Assembly (NCBI RefSeq): GCF_006345805.1
Contig: NC_043019.1
Coordinates: forward strand, 22,567,360 to 22,631,359
Source: Octopus sinensis
Lineage: Eukaryota
Length of the DNA stretch: 64,000 bases
Reading direction: 5' to 3'
In this document: positions 57,848 through 64,000 of the stretch, piece after piece
Layout: every line of letters starts with the position of its first letter
Numbering within the stretch: the first letter of the stretch is position 1
Made by a program: the position numbers and the translations under genes
The notes under the pieces: generated by a model
Told to the model about the DNA's origin: nothing
Seen by the model: the letters and a program-made list of their open reading frames with translations, nothing else
Database searches by the model: none

Positions 57848-58426
57848 ATATGTTTGTGTGTCTTTGTTTGTCCCCCCAACATTGCTTGACAACTGATACT
57901 GGTGTGTTTAGGTCCCTGTAAGTTAGCGGTTCGGCAAAAGAGACCGATAGAATAAGTACTAGGCTTACAAAGAATAAGTCCTGCGGTCGATTTGCTCGAC
58001 TAAAGGCAGTGCTCTAGCATGGCCACAGTCAAATGACTGAAACAATTAAAAGAGAGAGTTTGTGGGGAAAAAAAAACAAGATTTCAAAATCAATTGCTAC
58101 ATAAACAATGACAACAAATTCGATCTTTTCAATGATAACACACTGGAGACCGAGGCAAACAAATATGACAAAACAATGGCACTTAATATTTTTGGTGGTT
58201 GTACATGTAAGGTCTTGTTTATGAGGTGTGTCTACGTACCTGTGTTTGTGAGGTGAAGAAGTGTGCTCTGGAGTCTCTCGTATATGTTCAGGGATATTCT
58301 CGATTTCATTCGATCTTATGATTGCGTTCTCTTCCACACCTTCTCCTTTGCTAAGGATCGGCTCAGAATATTTGCGGTCCATCGCGAAGGTGGGAGAGTC
58401 TCTCACATCTCCGTTCTTAAACGAGT
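31615..58426 (-). CDS. FARP1: FERM, ARHGEF and pleckstrin domain-containing protein (FARP1/2, Cdep-like), 3' portion: linker-DH-PH1-PH2; 15 coding exons in window, 5' end not found
   Basis: Spliced translation gives [24 protein letters not shown]...[23 protein letters not shown]...[32 protein letters not shown]...[18 protein letters not shown]...[34 protein letters not shown]...WIEVV. These are signature FARP DH/PH1/PH2 sequences, with canonical splice sites. FARP1 vs FARP2 cannot be separated (likely invertebrate co-ortholog). Confidence 0.95.
32526..32677 (-). CDS. FARP1: FARP PH2 exon ([15 protein letters not shown]...[21 protein letters not shown])
   Basis: cttttcag/...GAG/GTGAGT; 152 nt, phase 0 to 2. 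Confidence 0.96.
33727..33834 (-). CDS. FARP1: FARP PH2 exon ([36 protein letters not shown])
   Basis: ttttacag/...CAA/GTAAGT; 108 nt. Confidence 0.96.
33903..34089 (+). mobile_element. SINE family A with internal deletion, about 70 bp upstream of a FARP acceptor
   Basis: 18-bp TSD ATAGGTATACAATAGAAG at 33885-33902/34090-34107. Confidence 0.88.
36588..36754 (-). CDS. FARP1: FARP exon ([10 protein letters not shown]...[28 protein letters not shown])
   Basis: atttcag/...AAG/GTGAGT; 167 nt; FARP-specific [11 protein letters not shown] motif. Confidence 0.95.
37089..37308. mobile_element. piggyBac-type MITE (TTAA TSD)
   Basis: TTAA/CCCTTT...AAAGGG/TTAA; related copies at 40790-40979 and, decayed, 31997-32220 and 10101-10325. 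Confidence 0.8.
37598..37818. mobile_element. piggyBac-type MITE, second family
   Basis: TTAA/CCCTTTCGTTAC...GTAATGAAAGGG/TTAA. Confidence 0.8.
38728..38837 (-). CDS. FARP1: FARP PH1 C-terminal exon ([37 protein letters not shown])
   Basis: ttcaccag/...A/GTGAGT; 110 nt, phase 2 to 1; conserved PH-helix Trp. Confidence 0.92.
39048..39453 (+). mobile_element. Short non-autonomous bipartite RTE element (5'UTR fused to 3' end)
   Basis: 14-bp TSD AGATATCACAAAGC (39034-39047/39454-39467); RTE 5'UTR-like GAGCTATGCC...CCTGGTAGGGCCACCCA; tail ACAAGTACAAGTAAGTAAGTA; GC- and CpG-rich. Confidence 0.8.
39520..39977 (+). mobile_element. RTE LINE 3' end running into the family C tail
   Basis: [13 protein letters not shown] then DEVVRKDL (frameshifted), followed by GTGCCACATAAAAA, AGGAAGGGCATCCAGC and (GAT)n. 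Confidence 0.7.
40230..40315 (-). CDS. FARP1: FARP PH1 exon ([28 protein letters not shown])
   Basis: ttgcag/...CAG/GTGAAT; 86 nt, phase 0 to 2. Confidence 0.93.
41812..41901 (-). CDS. FARP1: FARP PH1 exon ([30 protein letters not shown])
   Basis: tgcag/...ATG/GTAAGT; 90 nt. Confidence 0.95.
42436..42626 (+). mobile_element. Tc1/mariner 3' end remnant
   Basis: Reads [18 protein letters not shown], like a Tc1-family C-terminus, then a TIR-like end CACCCTG/TA. Confidence 0.6.
43158..43226 (-). CDS. FARP1: FARP PH1 exon ([23 protein letters not shown])
   Basis: ttgcag/...TTG/GTAAGT; 69 nt. Confidence 0.95.
44149..44220 (-). CDS. FARP1: FARP exon ([24 protein letters not shown])
   Basis: tttcag/...AGG/GTGAGT; 72 nt. 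Confidence 0.94.
44515..44795. repeat. Intronic minisatellite, about 10 diverged ~28-bp units
   Basis: Unit consensus ATGTTCTCAATGCAACACTGCACCCAAC. Confidence 0.8.
44932..44990 (-). CDS. FARP1: FARP DH C-terminal helix exon ([20 protein letters not shown])
   Basis: ttttaacag/...GTG/GTAAGT; 59 nt, phase 1 to 0. Confidence 0.9.
45687..45737 (-). CDS. FARP1: FARP DH exon ([17 protein letters not shown])
   Basis: ttttcag/...AAG/GTAACA; 51 nt, phase 1 to 1; HPDY motif. Confidence 0.93.
45790..46322 (+). mobile_element. Probable decayed Helitron/Helentron-like element
   Basis: TATAAAATCCATTCTGTCTGTCTG start and decayed 3' end GAACGGGGGTACGTTTTGCTCA; adjacent to an intact Helitron. Confidence 0.4.
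46438..46943 (+). mobile_element. Non-autonomous Helitron
   Basis: A/TCTATATATATAAAA start; hairpin CCCGAGCAACGCCGGG; CTAG/T end; CpG-rich. Confidence 0.85.
47309..47495 (-). CDS. FARP1: FARP DH exon ([13 protein letters not shown]...[24 protein letters not shown])
   Basis: gtttttag/...A/GTAAGT; 187 nt; DH CR3 motif. Confidence 0.95.
48024..48510. mobile_element. hAT MITE with nested SINE A
   Basis: TIR-like TAGTGCTACTCAAA / TTTGAGAAGCATTG; perfect 8-bp TSD GTGTAGAG (48016-48023/48511-48518). Confidence 0.82.
48556..48637 (-). CDS. FARP1: FARP DH exon ([27 protein letters not shown])
   Basis: tctttacag/...CCT/GTAAGT; 82 nt, phase 2 to 0. Confidence 0.92.
48901..49281 (+). mobile_element. 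5'-truncated RTE/BovB-like LINE inserted in a SINE B
   Basis: [22 protein letters not shown]...YFGHI...[14 protein letters not shown]; (GA)n tail; 11-bp TSD AGTCTTAAGCC (48890-48900/49282-49292). Confidence 0.92.
50982..51109 (-). CDS. FARP1: FARP DH exon ([43 protein letters not shown])
   Basis: tttttcag/...TG/GTAACT; 128 nt, phase 0 to 2; resembles the DH segment IxxFHxxFLxxIEQR. Confidence 0.92.
52222..52311 (-). CDS. FARP1: FARP exon, start of DH domain ([30 protein letters not shown])
   Basis: ttttccag/...CAG/GTTTGT; 90 nt; DH CR1 motif ExxxTE. Confidence 0.93.
54800..55352. repeat. Compound (TA)n/(TATG)n microsatellite with repeating TACGTATGTATG units
   Basis: Directly visible. Confidence 0.95.
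55533..55772 (-). CDS. FARP1: FARP Pro-rich linker exon (...[22 protein letters not shown]...[10 protein letters not shown])
   Basis: Acceptor ctctgtcattacag, donor AGG/GTTAGT, GC-rich. Ends in phase 0 and joins the first DH exon in frame. The frame at its 5' end is ambiguous (see findings). Confidence 0.8.
55963..56357 (+). mobile_element. Full-length tRNA-derived SINE (family D)
   Basis: A box TGGCCCAGTGG, B box GTTTCGATTCC; 12-bp TSD ATATATAAATTC; relatives at 20263-20595, 23729-24022, 35546-35830, 61644-61920. Confidence 0.9.
58240..58426 (-). CDS. FARP1: FARP linker exon ([23 protein letters not shown]...TSSPHKH)
   Basis: Strong polypyrimidine acceptor tttttccag and donor CAG/GTACGT. 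187 nt, open only in phase 1 to 2. Low-conservation sequence, so assigned from position and splice sites. Confidence 0.7.
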
Positions 58427-58789
58427 CTGGAAAAAAAAAAAGAAAAGGGACCAACATTAATAATGGTTTCAAATTTTGGAACAAGGTTAGCTGATTTAAG
58501 AAGAAAGGGTAAGTTGATTTACATGAAACCCAGTATTTTAACAAATACTTATTTTATCAACTCTGAAAGGATGAAAGTCAAAGTCGACCTTGGCAGAATC
58601 TGAAATCTGTAAATAAAAGGTTGAAGAATTGTTGCTGAGTATTTTGTCCAACTCATTGCTACCACTACTACTATTAATAATAATCCCTTATACTGTAGGC
58701 ACAAGGCATGAAATCTTGTGGGGAGGGGCCTAGTCAATTACATTAACCCCAGTACTCAACAGGAACTTATTTCATTGACCCTGAAAAGA

Positions 58790-59020
58790 GATGTCATCAT
58801 GTACAGAGCCAACCAGGTCCACCTGTGCCCTCCATAGCTGATGGTCCCATGCCAGCTCTCCTGCATCCTCCAAGGTGATGTCAAGCCTCTGTAGGTCTTC
58901 CAGCCCACAACTGCTGTGTTGAATGAGAGTAAAGCCCTGGTAGGATGATCTTGCAGGAGGTGGAGGACATATTTGTACCAGCACATGTAACAGATGGCTA
59001 TAAGGTGGGAGGCTGCAGGC
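58790..59020 (-). mobile_element. RTE-like LINE 3' remnant
   Basis: EDLQRLDITLEDAGELAWDHQLWR resembles the RTE terminal A-x-D-R-x-x-W-R motif. Confidence 0.55.
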
Positions 59021-60572
59021 TAATGTGTGCTTATATCTTCAATAAATTTTTAGAAATAATCAAGAATTTGAAAGGGTTTAGTAAAATTTCTAGGAAGACA
59101 TGTTGTGTAGTGGTTTGAGTGTTAGGTTGACAATTATTCGACTGCATTGTCAATTCTCAGACTGGGTAGTGTGTTATCTCCTTGACCAAGGCACTTCATT
59201 TTACATTGCTTTATGAGTCTCAGAAATAGCTGGGTGGAGTGAGTCTAACTTCATGACAGAATGGCATTCTGTTCAAACTCAGTAATCCATCACTAGATGC
59301 TCTTCCATTCTCAGTCACTCAATCACCATGGAAACTTGCACAAGTTCCAACCTAATGAACTGGTAGGCTTGAGACAGATTTCAAGTAAAATCATTTTCCT
59401 TCATAATTATGTAGGTCCGAGGAACATTTTTTAATGGTAAATTCTACTAAAGAACTATTAAGTTCCATTATAAGAGTTTCTTTATTGGTCTTGAAAGAAC
59501 AAAAGTCAATGTTGATCTGAACAGAATTTGAACTCAAAGTTCAAGGAATCAGGACAAATACTCTAAGTCATTCTATCCTACTCTCTAGCAACTCTGCCAA
59601 TGGCTGTCCACTTATGACCGAGGAAGATCATCACTGACCATTAAGAACATTATGAACACAGACAAAATTATTCTTTACACTTAGAAATGTTCACTTTTCC
59701 CTTTGACTCCTCTATTGGTGGTGATGACAAGCATTGTTTCCCTAACTGATGTCCCATGTTTCTCATCTTCAACAAGAATTTTACACAATCCTTATATTGT
59801 AGTTTTGGTTTCTACTGGGGGCATTTTCCAAGAAGTTCACCACATAGCATTTGCAGAAGAATTTTCCGACCATTCATTCAAACAAAGTATCCAATCCAAT
59901 GTAAACAGTGCCTGTACACTATCACTTCAAGGCTCATGACATCAGCTCCCCTCAAGATATCAGGATGTGTATCTGATGGTGGGAGGGGTTGGTGGTTTCA
60001 AGGGCACTTCCATGTTGCCCAGATAAGGTCCAGCACATCAATACACGTATGTGGTACACAACAACTCTTGTTTATCTTGTGATGCCATGTTGGGATCATG
60101 CACAAGACTCAAGAGCCCTGAAGGAATCAATTGCCTTCAACATATTTCATCACCCAATTGGTCTTGCTGTAAAAATCATATCCCTTGTTCCTCCACCTGA
60201 ACAGAAGTCACTTTGAGATTCAGGTAGAATGTCATTTTACAAGGTATTTATTCGAGCAGGTAAAAAGAATACCCGCCAGGACCTCCTTTTTATTTCGTCT
60301 TACAAATCCATTTACCCAAGGTTCCACACAGTAGGACTGAAACTGAAATCACATGGTTGCAAAGTGAGCTTCTTAACTTCACAGCCAAGACCACGCCTGT
60401 TATTTATTTATTTATTTATGTATTTATTAGTGGGTTTAAGAACCATAAAAATGGAAACCTGAAGTTCCTGATACACCGTTACCTAGGCGCCCCCAGGTCA
60501 CTGGGACCCAGACTTGAATCACAGGGTTGCAGACCAAATAGATGGATATTTAAATTGTATTTTGTTTTAAGT

Positions 60573-60596
60573 TGTGTGTGTGTGTGTTGTGTGTGT

Positions 60597-60661
<65 letters not shown>

Positions 60662-60665
60662 AGAG

Positions 60666-60726
<61 letters not shown>

Positions 60727-60735
60727 GTTGAGAGT
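60573..60735. repeat. (TG)n(GA)n microsatellite
   Basis: Directly visible. Confidence 0.95.
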
Positions 60736-62167
60736 CAGAAAAAAACAAGAGGTGATTTTTGGTACGAAACATACTAAAACTTTTGAACATCAATTGCCAG
60801 GACTACAATAATATATCGATACCACAACACACCTGATATATAAAAATCAACGAATAGATACTACTGTACTTATAATTTGACCATTTATTTTTTATGTAAA
60901 TTTTCCGTAAACTAGAAAATAAATATGAAACAAAGGGCGATAATTTGAGCGCAATTGCCTCAATGGAATAGTTATACTATTCCATCAGAGTTACTTCCCT
61001 TACACACTAAAAAAATAAAAACTTCATCTCTTAAAGCTTGATTTATTTAAACTTTTTGCAGCTGTTAATTTTCGTATATAAAGCCGAGGAGAATAAAGAA
61101 AATACTGAAAGGAAGACACTGCAAGGATCAAAATGGATATACACCGCACGCATAAAATGGCCAAGAAGAAAAGCTTTGGGCTTTTTGCTTTTGCGATGAG
61201 GGACAGCTATGTAGAGAGAAGACCATTCGGACATGACGTGCTTCAGGTTAACTTGGCGAAGCAGAATTATCTGCCCTTTCCATCAAGCCTTTAAGATCCC
61301 ACCCCCGCTACAGAAGCTCTCGTAACAGGCATGCCTTTCCCAGTTCATAAATTTAACCGCTTTCAGTCAGCGAGTAATAATATCTGATTAGTCAATATAT
61401 CTGAGATATATTGTTGTTGAAATGTTCTAATGCATTCAGACAATTTAATTAAACCCTAACTTGAAGATGTAACATAGCTTTAATATTTACTCGCACACAT
61501 TAGGCCATAAGTGAATACAGCAGAGATAAAATATTCTATTTTGCCTTTTTTCTTCAGTGGTGGTGCTTCAGCCATTTGGAGGCCATTAACAGCCCACAAA
61601 AGATGGTTGAGTGTCAGTTGTTAAAGCATAAGATTAAATTGTAGTGAAGGCGCGTGGCTTAGTGGTTAGGGTATTCAGCTCACGGTTGCAAGGTCGTGAG
61701 TTCGATTCTTGGCGATGCATTGTATCCTTGAGCAAGACACTTTATTTCAAGTTGCTCCAGTTCACCCAGCTGGCAAAAACGAGTTGTACCTTTAATTCAA
61801 AAGGCCAGCCTTTTCACATTCTGTGTCACACTGAATCCCCCTGACGGCTACATTAAAGATGTCTGTGGAGTACTCGGCCACCTGCACATTAATTTGTTAA
61901 GGAGGCTGTTCTATTGATTAAATTTCGTTGTGGTGTTTGTTCTGGCTCTCGGCATTTTAAGTTCCAATCTTGCTAAAGCCAACTTTCCCTTTCGTCTTCT
62001 TGAGTATTGGTAAAGGAACCACCAACTGGGCGCTGGTGCGGCTCCCTCTTCTACCACCTGTTACATCCTGGGTGTTTAGCTGGGTAAGAGGGTGATAGGA
62101 TGGTTTTGGGGAGTATGTGTGTGAGGGGTAAAGGGGTGTCTGTGTTTGTATAACCCTACAACTATGT

Positions 62168-62581
62168 ATTTGTTTACTACCCACAAGGGGCTAAACAAAG
62201 AGGGGACAAACAAGGACAGACAAACGGATTAAGTCGATTACATCGACCCCAGTGCATAACTGGTACTTAATTTATCGACCCCGAAAGGATGAAAGGCAAA
62301 GTCGACCTCGGTGGAATTTGAACTCAGAACGTAGTGGCAGACGAAATACCCATTTCTTTACTACCCACAAGGGGCTAAACACAGAGATAACAAACAAGGA
62401 CAGACAAAGGGATTAAGTCAATTACATCGACCCCAGAGTGTAGCTGGTACTTAATTTATCAACGCCGAAAGGATGAAAGGCAAAGTTGACCTCGGCAGAA
62501 TTTGAACTCAGAACGTAACGGCAGACGAAATACGGCTACGCATTTCGCCCGGCGTGCTAACGATTCTGCCAGCTCGTTTCT
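62168..62581 (-). mobile_element. Dimeric SINE family A
   Basis: Duplicated body; 11-bp TSD TACAACTATGT. Confidence 0.85.
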
Positions 62582-63113
62582 TACAACTATGTGTGGACCT
62601 AAACCAATTGGCAAATGTATGGTATATGCTACCAAGCCATCATTTATTGTAAGAGAGGACTGGTGAGGTGGCTGTAAAGGTTTGTGACCCAGAGGTTAAA
62701 GTTTTAGGCTCACAATCATGAATGATTGCAATCTTGGACTGGGCTGCACATCATATGATGATATATACTTTTGAATCTTTTGCTGGGGCACCACCTTGAA
62801 GGGTTTGGTCAAACATATCAACTACGATACTTATTTTTGAAGTCTGGCTGAATTGAACAGCTGAGTTGTGAGCATGTAAACTAATCAATAGTGATTGTCA
62901 AATGGTAGAGAGACAAACACACATACACATGTGCACACAGTTTCTGTTTATCAAATTAAAAAGGCATATGTGCATGCATGGTTGTGTGGTAAGAAGTTTG
63001 CTTCTCAGCCACATGGTTCTGAGTTCAGTTCTACTGTATGGCACCTTGAGCAAGTGTCTTCTACTAGAGCTTTGTGAGTGGATTTGGTAAATAGAAGCTG
63101 AGAGAAGCCTGTC

Positions 63114-63144
<31 letters not shown>

Positions 63145-63702
63145 TGTATATAAATATACACATATATGTGTTTGTGTCTGTGTTTGTCCCCCACCACTGC
63201 TTGAAAACCAGCATTGGTGTGTTTATATCCCTGTAACTTAGCAGTTAGGCAAAGAGACCAATAGAATAAATACCAGGCTTAACAAAAAAAAATTAAAATA
63301 ATAATAATAAGTACTGGGGTCAGTTCATTCGACTAAAAGTTCTTCAATGCAGTGCCCCAGCATGGCCAGTCTAATGACTGAAACAGATAAGGGATGAAAG
63401 AAAAGTTTCTGGGTAACAGGAGACAATTATCCACTGGTAGATGGAAGAGATACCCATAGATCCTATATCATCATCATCACATCATCATCATCATCATCAA
63501 TATCAACAGGTAGAGTGTAAAAGCAAAAAATAGTTAGCGATTATCATAACCGTATATGTGTGTGTGGGGGGGAGGGGGCATGGTATGGGTGATGAGGTTC
63601 GGTGTTGAAATGTAGCATGATGGAGAGTTGTTGATGTATGACAAAAAAGACTTGGCTGAATATCGAACAGCTGAAGCAAGGATCAATATTAGATTAAATA
63701 AA

Positions 63703-64000
63703 CTAGCACTATGACCTGGCAACGCCGGGTCATAGTGCTAGTGCATGCATATACAGCTGCGTGCGTGCGCACATACACGCGAGTACTGTCCAAATCTCCG
63801 ACCAATCACATACAGCTAGCTGGCATTCAATTGGCGTATCAAGTTCCGGGCATTTTGATTGGGTTTTGGATAGAAAATTCACAAAAAAGTCACTTCTATT
63901 GATTTTTTTAATGGCTTTGCAGGGTGACTGGGGAAATGTAAAGATGTGCACGACCACCCTTGGACGGTTTTGAATGACCATAGAAAGTGCGAGCCCTCTA
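63703..64000 (-). mobile_element. Helitron 3' end, element continues past the window
   Basis: Minus strand ends CCCGGCGTTGCCAGG...CTAG/T. Confidence 0.7.

Noticed and set aside
59700-60220. Coding-looking non-repetitive segment
   Set aside because: Only short overlapping ORFs and no motif I can identify; possibly an old transposon relic, but unassignable.
61957-62184. Minus-strand ORF as an upstream FARP exon
   Set aside because: Its ends overlap SINE A or decayed SINE-like sequence, it terminates in a stop and it has no FARP similarity.
63534-63670. Minus-strand ORF AVRYSAKSFLSY... as a FERM-adjacent exon
   Set aside because: It does not match the GSSFRYSGRT motif, has no good donor and runs into a stop.

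Overview
Eukaryotic, AT-rich, repeat-saturated genomic DNA. The SINE families, (TA)n/(CA)n microsatellites and RTE/Penelope/Helitron debris look like a coleoid cephalopod, most likely Octopus (inference). One protein-coding gene is supported: the 3' part of a minus-strand FARP1/2 (Cdep-like) gene. I traced 15 coding exons by hand from 58426 to the stop at 31615, covering the linker, the DH (RhoGEF) domain, PH1 and PH2. All exons have AG/GT boundaries and consistent phases except one junction, which needs one extra base in a G homopolymer near 55690. The FERM exons were not found and probably lie beyond 64000. Positions 1-31 kb contain no supportable coding exon. Almost all six-frame ORFs there derive from microsatellites or SINEs. 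The most notable oddities are: a 406-bp bipartite RTE element with a candidate HDV-like ribozyme fold; a locally templated direct plus inverted duplication mosaic at 14-19 kb; several long hairpins that could be ADAR substrates; a cluster of 11 TGTNACA palindromes downstream of the FARP stop; a double-CTAG Helitron palindrome; and a degenerate hammerhead. All alignments and folds were done by eye.
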